A stretch of 61,284 nt of DNA, counting the filler, from Basidiobolus ranarum (lineage: Eukaryota), in the NCBI GenBank assembly GCA_040143965.1. It is 13 parts of 13 records of this genome, joined end to end, with 100 filler letters (N's around TTAATTAATTAA, not from the genome) between each part and the next. Parts side by side here need not be neighbours in the genome. Positions count along the whole stretch, not along the records: positions 23,679 to 28,305 come from JASJQH010001888.1; positions 28,406 to 33,026 come from JASJQH010001889.1; positions 33,127 to 37,744 come from JASJQH010001890.1; 10 more parts are not named here. One strand, 5' to 3'. The notes below the pieces were generated by a model. The model ran no database searches. It was not told where the DNA came from and saw only the letters and a program-made list of their open reading frames with translations. Position 1 is the first letter of the stretch. Each line of letters begins with the position of its first letter. A program made the translations under genes and the position numbers. This document shows, piece after piece, positions 26,691-37,633 of this stretch.

Positions 26691-26979
26691 TCTTGTGTTG
26701 CTCTCAACATGGCAATATAATACTATTCAGATACGCACTCCTACTAGTTTGGTCTACCATCTTACCCTTACCCTTACCCTTACCTTTCCCAATCTCTACC
26801 TACTTTCCCGCGCCTCCAACCCTGTTTCTTAATAATGTGAAAGTACATTCTTGACCCTTTATTTGTAATTTCAAGGGATTTTTCTATAAACACTGATTGT
26901 AACCACATTTAAATGGCGGGTAAAGGAAATGCAATGAGATTTATTGTGACATTGAAAATATACAAGATTACAAATGAAT

Positions 26980-27572
26980 TCAATGATCTCTAAGAAAGTA
27001 ATCTATAGCGGCAGAGAAAGCAGCAAAACCACCGCATCCAAACATCACTCCTCGTGGTCCAGCTAAACAACAAATTCTTAGTGAGCAATAGTGTAGATGA
27101 GCATTGACTAATAGTGATATGAACTTACTTTGTGCAGCTAAGATTCCGCCAGTAATACAACCAGCAGATACACTATTCCACAAATCATTTTTAGCACGAT
27201 ACTAATGAATGAACAAATTATTGGTTAATAAGAGTGTTCAAGGCTCTAACTTCTTGTTTAACTTGATATACATACTCCTTCAATGATGCATTCAGTTCCT
27301 GAGTAAATGGCACCTACGACCGCAAAGTTCTTCGCTGTACTGTAACTTTTTTTCCCCATCTCTCTAACCATATTTCTAAGTTGAACTCGTGTAGGTTGTT
27401 CGATCGCTTCTGGTGGTGTGAAATCCATACTAGACATAAAAATCCCGAAAACACCACCTAAAGCGAATCCGATAGCTGCACTACTAGCAAACTTAAAAGG
27501 GCAAGATTCCATGACCGAATGGATTAAAGCTACCTCCTTAGGTGTGGGTTCTTTACTGAATGGCCCGTTCAT
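26980..27572 (-). CDS. TIM22: Mitochondrial inner-membrane translocase Tim22
   Basis: Exons 27572-27276, 27201-27129 and 27062-26980. MESCPFK...[48 protein letters not shown]. Confidence 0.95.
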
Positions 27573-27888
27573 TTGCTAATATTAGTGGAGGTTTATCGTA
27601 GTAGGTGATATTCAAGATAACAAACTTGAAGTGGTATATAAAGAAATCCACTTTTTTCCCAAAAATTTTCGACCCATTTAGTTACCTTGGAATTTTCAAA
27701 ATGGTTCATTCAATCTAACCGCAATTGTGGTGTGGATTAATTTAAACTGGATTTCTTGGTTAACTTGGTTATTTGGATATAGATGTAACGGATTTTTTTG
27801 CAATTAAATGTATATAATACACCCACTATAGTTCTAAATCATCTAACCTCTTGTATCACTTATACTAGCTGCTCTCTCTATCAGTACA

Positions 27889-28305
27889 ATGGAAATCCTT
27901 AGAAATCTGGTGGCTAGAGTAGGTCGTGCTTTTTACGAGCCAAAATACATGGCAGTTTTAGATGCACTTAGTAAGAATGAAACGTAAGTATCAAGAAATG
28001 GGAAAAAGGGTTGCACTTCAATAATATAGTATGATTGATATATTTTTCATGGCCTTGAAATTTCTTACCTTTAGAGTTATCGATGATAAATTAGCAGTAT
28101 ATCTAAAGTTACCCATCAGAGAAGTACACAAAATATGTGGTAAATTAAAAGAAGATCGCCTTATCAAAGTGTAAGTATAACTTTCACGAAATTCACTTTT
28201 ATTGAGAACGATATGAAAGGGTTTATTTGGTTGAAGTATTTTAACTAATCTTTCTTTATCTATTCAAAATTTAGTATGACCAAAAAAGAATCTCGAAGAC
28301 CGGAA
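27889..28305 (+). CDS. TFA1: Transcription factor IIE large subunit, 5' part (absent from ORF track)
   Basis: Exons 27889-27983, 28075-28170 and 28275 to the edge give MEILRNLVARVGRAFYEPKYMAVLDAL...DDKLAVYLKL...ICGKLKEDRLI, the TFIIE-alpha winged helix. Confidence 0.85.
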
Positions 28306-28405
28306 NNNNNNNNNNNNNNNNNNNNNNNNNNNNNNNNNNNNNNNNNNNNTTAATTAATTAANNNNNNNNNNNNNNNNNNNNNNNNNNNNNNNNNNNNNNN
28401 NNNNN

Positions 28406-28710
28406 GCCTAAAATATCTAAATAAAGGCATGCATATTAATTCAAATTCCTACAGCAGTAAACCTAGTAATTTGCCATTTGAAAATCATATTTTTGCAAAA
28501 ATTGCTGGTTATTGAATAATGCGTGCCAAATTTGAGGATCAATATTTTAACATGTATCAATACCATATAAATACCATCAAGAAACCGCCGTCACACCATC
28601 AAAATCCCTGGCAGAATGCGAGCCAGTGATATTGTGATGGTTCTCTGACAGTTTTGCTATTTTGGAGGGTGGATCCGATCCGGATCAAATCAATTTTATT
28701 TTTGTTAGGG
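28406..28710 (+). mobile_element. Terminal region of CACTA/CMC-like element ending ...TTGTTAGGG
   Basis: Homologous to 52975-53281; homology stops at the same GGG in both copies. Confidence 0.55.
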
Positions 28711-30058
28711 GAAAGCTTTGTTCATAGTGTCTTTAGTCTAGAGCTTTTAATGAATATATTTAAGTATGAATGTATTAAGAATTAATCAAGATTTTCACAG
28801 CCTAACCTAACTTTGATTGTGGCGCACAAAATGAGTTTATACTATACTTTCCTGATACAGTGCTATATCTCATTAGGAAACCAAAGCTATGCTCTACTCT
28901 AGTACTAAAATGGGGAAAAAATCATTATCAAGCATTTACCTGTCCACATGTATTAAGTGAAGGCTCCACATCTGAACAGGAGACTGTAGGTATAAACAAA
29001 CCACAAAGTAGACTGGACCAGCCAACAAATACCACAGTGCATCACTCTCAAGCCACCACTCATGCTGTCCAAAGCAGAGGAACTTTGGCACAATTTAAAC
29101 AACCAACCTAGCATAGAGGCTCAAGCTAAGTTTCTTTTGTGGAAATCTTAAGGAGTCAACAAAAATAACAGAAGCAGATCAGCATGTGTTGCTTCAAGCA
29201 TTGGTAACTCTGGAGTGCCCTTGTTAATACTTACATTATCCTCTCTTTACTGCTTGGCACATCATGTGCAATTGAAATGTATTGAAGTTAAAAATAGCAT
29301 CACTTGCATCATTGTGATCCTGATTGTGTATGTCTTTATCAAACACTGCTGGTGTAAGATCATCACATATCAAAAAAATGCAATGATATCCTACTAATTC
29401 AAACAATAACATCACAAAGATATATGAAAAATGTTTGTCAATCAAAAGCAGGTGCAGCCATATTGGCTTGATAAGGCTCAATCTTTTCATGATCTCACCT
29501 AAATCAAAACTAACAAGATTGAATGAATAAATTACTGATCCAAAAATGATATATCAAGCAATCCTGAACTAAGCTATCTTACTGCAGATCAATTCATTGT
29601 TGAGTGCTGTGATTTTCCACCAGTATGCAAAAACTATTGGTGCTTCATAATACAGGAGCCAATATGTCAAATTGAAGGTGAGGATATTGAGTAAGTGAGA
29701 GATATATGATTACCCTACAAACATAGATGTGTATGGGTTAAATATTTGATTGCATGAGTTAAAGAATAATTTGTTGATTGTCACACATTCCACAATTAGC
29801 AAGTTACAAACTAGGGGTTGTAGTTGCATTGTTACTTACCCAAAAATCCAACTCTGCATGCTAAATTGGGTAACTTGGTACAAGCAGGCACCATGTCTCC
29901 AAAAAATCATTGTTTCTGATTGTGATGGGATGTTGCCATGTTGTAAAATAAAGTGTCCAGTTGAGCATTATATGACCTAGCCATGGTAACAGACTGATTG
30001 CACCAGATTGTGTGTCAGTGGGCTGGTTGGGCTGCACAATCAGACCCAGTCTAATGGC
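28711..30058. mobile_element. Body and right end of hAT-like non-autonomous element
   Basis: 28711-28950 matches 9090-9330. 29238-30058 is the inverted match of 54950-55745 and 55752-56582. Confidence 0.55.
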
Positions 30059-30059
30059 A

Positions 30060-32350
30060 AATTCTTGTGTTGACTAACTTGTAAGGATCTAATTGGTGGC
30101 ATGTAGCAATAACAATAATGCATAGTAAATAGATTTTCAGGCAAGCAAACCTGCATCTTTCAGCATTGAAGATAAGTCCAGCAAAAATAAGATGGTTCAT
30201 AATATCAGTAACATGGGTTGCATGATCATCTGTATCAGTTGAGAAAATTATATCATCATCAACAAACAATAAAGAATGACTAGCATGTTTGAGAATGATT
30301 ATCATAGTGGTTTGAAACTTGCTGGTCAATGTCTTAAGTCCACAGGATGCTCCTTAAAACATCCATTGCATGTTTCCCCATGTGAAAGTGGTCATGTGAA
30401 AGTGGTCATGTGATGCAGGTCTGGATCAATATGAAGTTGGTGAAAAATATCTTTTGTATCCAATTTAGAGAATACTTGTACTGCTGAGTAAAAATGTCAT
30501 TGATCCTAGCAATAGGAAATTTATCATCCTGTAGTAGTTTGTTTAGAGGCCTTGGATGTAAACAAGGTCTTTTTGGCATATGACTTCCTTCCAAATCCTT
30601 CTTTGGTGCTAAGGTCAAAGGGTTGTTGAAGGTAGTGGTGATAGGTACTTGAGTGATGATGCTACTATCAACCTATTTTTGTACTACTTCATCAACTAAA
30701 GGTTGTAGAGTATTTGGAATTGAATATTGTCTTCTCCAAGTTGTTTTTCCGGGTAACATTTTGAAGATCACATGGGACTCTGATATTCTGAGTAAGCTGC
30801 TCTTTGGGATTTTCTGGTTTCCCTCAATAGCAAGTTGAAAAGCCAACTTGACAGAGCTGGCATATGCTTGGAAGGAAGGCAATAATTCTTCTTGCTCAGG
30901 GGTTTCTGAGATTCTTCTGGTTTGCAAACAGAATTAGGCAGTAGAGATTTGCTGAATCCTGGATAAGAGACTGGTAGTCCTCCTGTATTGAAGCCAAGTT
31001 GAGTGTACGTATCCACATCAATAACAACTAATGGTACATCAGGGATATTCATGACTTCCTTGTGTTGTTAAATTTGAGAATTTCCACATCAAATATTGAC
31101 AGAGTTGGTGACTCCTATTCTTGGGGCAGAAACATCTTTGGCAGCAAGAATGATGTTTCAGGTTGCTTTTCTATTTCTAAATTGAACTCTTCAACTATAT
31201 GGGGTGAGACAATAGAGCTGGTAAATCTAGTATCCAATAGTGCTATGTATTGGTGACCATTAAGTAATAAGGGTACTTCAACAGTTTTAAGGTGGTTGGT
31301 TGACTGCTTCTCATCTTTGATGGTGGCAACTTTAGCTCATCAGTCAGGGAGATTTTAGTAGTCTTGTGCCATAAGATTCTTGATACATTTCTTCAAAACT
31401 TTTGAAATCTTCTGCAGGATTGTCATCCACTTCAGATCTTAAATCCTCAAAGACTTGGGTTGGTTTAGCAGTAGGTGCTTTGTTTTATGGACAGGCAGGC
31501 ACTCTACAACCAAGTTCCTTGCATTTAAAGCAATGGTAATCCACATGGAGAATTTCTGTCTTGGTAGTTGGTGTGTTTGGCTTGCCCAATGTTGAGTTTG
31601 CTTAGTGGCTTGATAGGCTAAAGTTCTACAAACATTGGTAGTGTCGGAACCTTTCCCATGAAGTTGGCAGTACTTTGGACTTAAGGGGTTCCTAGCAGAA
31701 TTGGTGTTTTGGAAACTTGATTTATAAGGTTGGCAGTGAGCAGAGTAAATAGTACTACTTGTAGCAGTAAGCATGGTGATTACTATGGAAGCAAATTCTG
31801 AAACCTTATCACAGATACATGTTGGATTTGCAGCTTTAATAAACTCAAGGTTGTTCTGCAGAGTGGTATTGAAGTTTGAGAAAATGTAGGCACTAACTGA
31901 TGGATTGAAGTCTGGTACTCCAGCCTCTTGCATATGTCTTTGGAACCTGTCATGGAAGTGTTGGACAGTTTCCTTTTTTGCATTCTACTTCTCCAAAGAT
32001 CATGGTGCAAGTGGACTTTTTTGAGTGGATCATTAAAATACTTGCAAAAGTGATCTTGGGCATTTTTTCAGGAACTTGTAGCTGGCATGTTGTGTTCTAC
32101 CCAGTCAGCATCTTGCACAATGAGACAAAGCGATTGTAGTCTTGCCCCGTTGGTGAGCAACTAAGACATTGATAAGTATGTAAAGAATTTTAGTGGGATC
32201 TTTGATGGCATTATGTCCTTCTGCAAAGAGAGGTGTGCACTTAGGAATATTGGCTGTACTTGATCTAAGGGTGCTGGTAGGATTAATTGTGGCAGATAGA
32301 AGAGTGGTTCTTTATTGAGATTGGGTGCAAGTTGGCCACTTTTCCATGTT
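30060..32350 (-). mobile_element. Ty3/gypsy remnant: gag, protease, reverse transcriptase
   Basis: FVDDDIIFS...HATHV, TLAPKKD...KRPCLHPRPLNKLLQDDKFPIARINDIF, TWRRQYSIP and a gag knuckle-like KYCQLHGKG..TTNVC; many frameshifts. Confidence 0.85.
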
Positions 32351-33126
32351 CAAAATTGTTAGGACAAGATCATGGAGACTTTCCTTAGCAATGTAGTATA
32401 TAGATAGTTTAGCAAATTTCAACAGATACAGAGTAAAGACCATCAACTTCCAAAATGGCTACTTGGCCAACTATAAAACACCTCTCTGTAGAAAGTTTAG
32501 GATACTAATATTATAACAAGGGACTCTCAGGCAGAACATCATAATGACTTGTATGCAATCATAAGTAAAAACTACAGAGCTGCTTTACAGGCTTTGACAA
32601 GCAGTAATGCTGCAATATTACAATTACTTCAGCATTCTGAAATAACTACCCAACACTTACAGAGTTACCCAACAATGTTACAAGACCTTCAGGAAGCTCT
32701 ACCTGAGCTACAGCAACATGTTGCTCCTATCATCCAATCTAATATGGGATTTCAATCAATCCCACATCATACATATAAGCATCCCCGTCATAATCTAGCA
32801 GAGCAGAATATGAGTTGGATCATTAAGCTGTCATGATTCTGATTGCACATACTGATCCACTGCAAATAGAACTCTTCTATTATTACATTATGACATTATG
32901 TCTGCTATGCCATTGCTTCTTGGCAATCTGGTGTTAGTTCATCCAGATTACTTTATATGGAAGTCATGTTCTTTGGAACATTCCATGAAACCTAACCAAT
33001 CATGTCATCCCACACATAGTGTGTTTNNNNNNNNNNNNNNNNNNNNNNNNNNNNNNNNNNNNNNNNNNNNTTAATTAATTAANNNNNNNNNNNNNNNNNN
33101 NNNNNNNNNNNNNNNNNNNNNNNNNN

Positions 33127-33237
33127 TGTGGCACGATTGACCATTGATTAGGAGCGATTGTATTATTTGAGGATACGTTGCAACTTTGTAAGATTTATTC
33201 TTTTCGAACATGACACATCATGTGCACTTTGGAAGCT
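33127..33237. repeat. 111-bp exact direct terminal repeat of contig 8 (left copy)
   Basis: Identical to 37634-37744 (TGTGGCACGATTG...CTTTGGAAGCT). Confidence 0.95.
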
Positions 33238-33302
33238 TAACGCACAAATGAGTATGTGCTCCCAAGTGTTTTTTAAGTACATCGATTGTATCAAAAGACA
33301 AC

Positions 33303-33386
33303 TCCGAACACCCGGATTTGAACCAGGGACCTAAAGATTGCTATGAACGCTACAGTCTTCCGCTCTACCAACTGAGCTATGTTCGG
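33303..33386 (-). tRNA. tRNA-Tyr(GTA) with intron of about 11 nt
   Basis: CCGAACA/TGTTCGG acceptor stem; GAAGA-CT-GTA-G, intron, A-TCTTT; GGTTCAAATCC T arm. Confidence 0.95.
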
Positions 33387-33527
33387 AGATTATTTAAGCG
33401 CAGAGTATTTCTTGTCGCGAGGACTCCCAGCCTAAGAAGAGATATAGTATAGTTAAGGCCTGTTACATGGTAATTACATACATGTTAAAGTAAGATATCT
33501 ACTCAAAACCAGCACACAAAAGTATAT

Positions 33528-33610
33528 GGAGAGATGGCCGAGTTGGTCTAAGGCGTCACGTTAAGGCCGTGATCTCTTCGGAGGCGTGGGTTCGAATCCC
33601 ACTCTCTTCA
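33528..33610 (+). tRNA. tRNA-Leu(AAG)
   Basis: GGAGAGA/TCTCTTC acceptor; TCACG-TT-AAG-GC-CGTGA; long variable arm; GGTTCGAATCC. Confidence 0.96.
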
Positions 33611-33803
33611 TACCTTTTATATTACTGTACCCGCAACCGTTTTACTGGTTTTTGCTTAGCAAGTAACAATGAAATGCAAATGTGAGATTACATATAGTAA
33701 TCTTTTGATATCATTCCAACAGAAACGCAAACATTTCTCATGATTTAACTGTGCAAAAGTTAGGGCGCTATTTCCAACAAAGCAAAGTCTGGACTGGTAA
33801 AAA

Positions 33804-33876
33804 TGCCTTCTGCCGGAATTGAACCAGCGACCTTCTGCTTACTAGGCAGACGCTCTGCCAACTGAGCCAAGAAGGC
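33804..33876 (-). tRNA. tRNA-Thr(AGT)
   Basis: GCCTTCT/AGAAGGC acceptor; TCTGC-CT-AGT-AA-GCAGA. Confidence 0.96.
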
Positions 33877-34418
33877 ATTCGTACCATATATAGCCATGTA
33901 TATAATATATACTAACAAAAAGCTTTGCCTGCCTTGCATCTATTATATCTTAGCATACATATGAGTAACATAGGTATGGTGGCAATAGAAAATAGGGCGC
34001 CCTGTTTGAGCACATCATAGGTGGGTTCAATTTGCGATTAGCCGTAATACACCAGGAGTATAATTAGAGTACAAGTTGTAAAGCCGTCATGCAGATATTT
34101 TTTATGACTGATTTTATAATTTACACGTGGTTTAAATGATAATATTCACGGTTTCTTAACTAACCCTAACCTTAAAAAGCTAAATCAAGCACTTGGGAAA
34201 TTCTGACTTTTACCACCCAAACCCTTATGTTCCTTGTAATAAACACCAGAATAGAGACGGTGGCACTTCTATAAGTAATAGTAATACGACAGTATTATCG
34301 ACTGCTATCCTAATAAATGTATTTGCAGATAAATAAGCTAAAAGACGGATAAAGATAGACTCTTGGTAGTATACTATATTAGCGGACTAAATACAAAAAC
34401 AAAGGCCTTGCTTCAAAA

Positions 34419-34489
34419 TGCATACTCGGGGAATCGAACCCCGGTCTACCGCGTGGCAGGCGGTAATTATACCACTAAACCAAGTATGC
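34419..34489 (-). tRNA. tRNA-Gly(GCC)
   Basis: GCATACT/AGTATGC acceptor; ACCGC-CT-GCC-AC-GCGGT. Confidence 0.96.
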
Positions 34490-34617
34490 TGTTATTGAAA
34501 CTTGTAAACTTGTTTATACTACGAATCATAATTAGGGGTTGCAACTATATTGTCAGTATTATCGGCTAAATACGTATTTCAAAGATATGCATGGATGTGC
34601 TAAGAGACAGATAATAC

Positions 34618-34690
34618 GGGCGTATGGCCAAATGGATAAGGCGCCTGACTACGGATCAGGAGATTCCAGGTTCGATCCCTGGTATGCTCG
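34618..34690 (+). tRNA. tRNA-Arg(ACG)
   Basis: GGGCGTA/TATGCTC acceptor; CCTGA-CT-ACG-GA-TCAGG; T-run terminator follows. Confidence 0.96.
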
Positions 34691-34885
34691 TTACGTTTTT
34701 CTTTACCGTTGCAATATCGAGTTTATGCAGTGTCATGAAACGATATGGTATTTACACTTTTGGACAACAGGAACTTTATACAAAATTCTTTGTTGCAAGA
34801 ATATATACAAGATAGCTACTCTGGTTTTCGATAATAGGATTCAATTTATAAAAGATTGCCAATACCCAGTTATTTTAAAAATGTT

Positions 34886-34957
34886 TTCCCCATCGGGGAA
34901 TCGAACCCCGGCCGTCTCGGTGAGAGCGAGAAATCCTAACCACTGGACCAATGAGGA
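34886..34957 (-). tRNA. tRNA-Glu(CTC)
   Basis: TCCTCAT/ATGGGGA acceptor; TCTCG-CT-CTC-AC-CGAGA. Confidence 0.96.
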
Positions 34958-35433
34958 ATTGTTATGAAACTTAAAGTATTAGCTAGCTTTCACCTTTAGC
35001 TACCAATATTTATGTATATGTATATCTATATCTGGTATTATACCGCTCCTTAAAATTAACCTAGTCACCAGATACCGTTAAAAATTACAAAAATGTATTC
35101 ATGCTAAAAAAAGGGATACTTTAAGAAGCTCATTGCCTGATGGAAAATCTCTGGGAATGGACAATGCATTTAAGTTACATAAAAGTAAACAACGGAGTCA
35201 AAATATGAGTACAATCAACAATTTAATTCATGCATACAAATCAAGTTGCTTCTGCTGTATCACTCACGTAGCTTAGTTGATTTATCACCTTCATGAATGG
35301 ATCTGATGATAATGGGGGATGACCTTTCTTTCTCCATGGCCAAGGATGTGAAGCCCAACAATATGCCATGTTCCAAAGTACTAAACAAGAAGTATCGTAC
35401 TTATGTGTATGGGGGAGGTTTTTTCCCATTCTC

Positions 35434-35481
35434 TCCCCGCCTGTCATACGGGTGACCCGGGTTCAATTCCCAGTTTGAGAG
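35434..35481 (+). pseudogene. 5'-truncated tRNA-Asp(GTC) (anticodon arm, T arm and 3' acceptor strand only)
   Basis: CCCGC-CT-GTC-AT-ACGGG TGAC CCGGG-TTCAATT-CCCAG TTTGAGAG then a T5 run; no D arm or 5' acceptor strand upstream. Confidence 0.8.
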
Positions 35482-35849
35482 CATTTTTGAGTTTACTCCC
35501 GGTATACAGATATAGATATTGTATATCTGACTTAAACTTAACCCACACAGATGAATTGGTTAATTTTGGAGCAACCCGAGTACTACAATCCTTGAAACAC
35601 TATACTTCAAGGCATACATTTGCTATTTGGAGCTTTCACTTCTGGCATTATATTCAACAGAATACAGAAGAAAACAATTCAATATTAGTATTTTTGACAT
35701 CAACACTTTTGCTGTCAATGTAAAAATAGTATAACGTTGAAAGTATGTCATTGTTTCGCCAAAAGTAGCATATGCGAGCTTAGTCTTCAAGTTGGCAATC
35801 TAATGCTCAACATCATCGATATGACTCTTCATAGGCCTGAGAAAAAGAT

Positions 35850-35921
35850 GGGCTCAACTGGGAATTGAACCCAGGACCTCTCCCACCCTAAGGGAGAATT
35901 ATACCACTAAACCATTGAGCC
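35850..35921 (-). tRNA. tRNA-Pro(AGG)
   Basis: GGCTCAA/TTGAGCC acceptor; CTCCC-TT-AGG-GT-GGGAG. Confidence 0.96.
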
Positions 35922-36044
35922 AATGTTGAGCAAAAGCTAGCCGTATTTGCTTATATATCCAAGAAACCGAAATTGCTGTCTGTAGTTCCACTGCATACTA
36001 ATAATAACAAGATAACATAACAGCACTAGGCTTATTAATATAAT

Positions 36045-36117
36045 GGGGGTCTAGCTCAGATGGTAGAGCGCTCGCTTAGCATGCGAGAGGCACTGGGATC
36101 GATACCCAGGTCCTCCA
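36045..36117 (+). tRNA. tRNA-Ala(AGC)
   Basis: G3:U70 identity pair; CTCGC-TT-AGC-AT-GCGAG; ATCGATA T loop. Confidence 0.96.
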
Positions 36118-36215
36118 CTTTTATTTGGTTAAATTAAAAAGGTATTTTCTTAACTATTGTACTAAACAAAGAGATTGACGGCAACTTTCGAATTCATGGA
36201 AAGGAAATGCTAAAA

Positions 36216-36287
36216 AGGACGCAGGCGGATTTGAACCACCGACCTATTGATCTGCAGTCAATTGCTCTACCACTGAGCTATACGTCC
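36216..36287 (-). tRNA. tRNA-Cys(GCA)
   Basis: GGACGTA/TGCGTCC acceptor; U73 discriminator; ATTGA-CT-GCA-GA-TCAAT. Confidence 0.96.
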
Positions 36288-36635
36288 ATGTATAGATTGT
36301 TTCAACATTATTAATCTACAAATATCAAGACCTATCGGTTGGTTCTAGGATAAATATCATTTGATATAGTATACTTGAATGTAAAATTAATATACACACA
36401 CCCGACATGAGAGTAAAGCACATAACCGTATGATCAAGGTTTCATACCTATTGGGCAAGCGAGTATCCGCGTGGCTATGTAAGCGTTGGTTTTTTTCTGA
36501 AGTTCCGTAGAACTTTAGTAGAATTTGCCTGCGCATAAGTTACAATTCTAAGTACACACGAATCCAAAGAGTTTCAAGCTATCAAAAGAGAAAATCTTCA
36601 TAGTAAAGTAAGTACACATCCGGTAAAAAAGAGAC

Positions 36636-36708
36636 TGCTCCCTGCCAGGATCGAACTGGCGACCTTCAGATTATGAGACTAACGCGCTGCCAACTGCGCT
36701 AAGGAAGC
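36636..36708 (-). tRNA. tRNA-Met(CAT), elongator
   Basis: GCTTCCT/AGGGAGC acceptor (G1:C72); TTAGT-CT-CAT-AA-TCTGA; TTCG T loop. Confidence 0.95.
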
Positions 36709-36874
36709 AATTTCTTGCAGGTAGAAACTGCCATTACACCTGACGAGTTTAACTCAAACGAGAAGCACAAACAAAGGAGGGCTAATGATAAGAGTGCATC
36801 TGAAATACAGGATTTCCAGAGCGTACAGAACTTCCAAAAGTAATATACTTATAAGGATAATTAAAATGTATGCA

Positions 36875-36946
36875 TTCCCCATCGGGGAATCGAACCCCGG
36901 CCGTCTCGGTGAGAGCGAGAAATCCTAACCACTGGACCAATGAGGA
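36875..36946 (-). tRNA. tRNA-Glu(CTC), second copy
   Basis: Identical to 34886-34957 but with different flanks. Confidence 0.96.
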
Positions 36947-37345
36947 ATAGTTAGTATGTACAATATGATAAGTCAAAGCCATTTGGTTAGGCATGAAAGT
37001 CGAGCATTCCATATCAATATGCATCACCTCCAAGAAGGGTCACATTCTTTAGCGACTTTAAGAGCTGGCATAAGGCAATTGAGGGATTCATTGTTGAAGT
37101 CAGATATTGTATATTAGGACAGTCTAGGCTAAGGGTGGGTATTGTTATAGGGTTAGGAATCTGAAGTTTTACTCTATCGGACCAAGTCAAACAATGATTC
37201 CTGCTTGAGTACCATAAACATATCGGTGGATGTTAGCTTTAAATAGTATTTCCCTTGTCAATCAACTCAAGGATATATACACTTTTATATCGAGCATCTT
37301 ACATAGCAGGTTGTGAAATATAAAAGCAACCAAAAGAAGAAAATA

Positions 37346-37374
37346 TGCCGTCTCTGCGGATTGAACGCAGGACA

Positions 37375-37411
<37 letters not shown>

Positions 37412-37418
37412 AGACGGC
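37346..37418 (-). tRNA. tRNA-Phe(GAA)
   Basis: GCCGTCT/AGACGGC acceptor; TCAGA-CT-GAA-GA-TCTGA; intronless. Confidence 0.96.
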
Positions 37419-37633
37419 TATACACAAGACTTGGTTTGTTTTGAAAATACGCTTGGCTAACAACAATAGCAACACTATGAGTACTCATACTATAGCAGTA
37501 AAAAGCGTACTCTTGTCAGATGAAAGAGGAGCCTAGCCTATGTGCACCAAGTTTTACTTGAACCTAGTCTTCAGCGTGGCAATTTTTAAATGATAATTGT
37601 TCGGATCGTCGTTACTGCACTGGTTAATGCTAT

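Noticed and set aside
26760-26790. (CCCTTA)n run considered as a telomere
   Set aside because: Only about four units, internal, in the 3' region between CKA1 and TIM22; a microsatellite.
33970-34045. B-box-like GGGTTCAATT in the tRNA unit
   Set aside because: No T stem, acceptor stem or anticodon arm can be formed; at most a very old relic.
35280-35380. Faint U6-like words (CATGGCC, CAAGGATG)
   Set aside because: No ACAGAGA box or AGC triad context.
36740-36770. Hammerhead-like core CTGACGA-GTTT-AACTC-AAAC-GAGA beside tRNA-Met
   Set aside because: The required GAAA is GAGA, and I could not build stems I and III with an NUH site.
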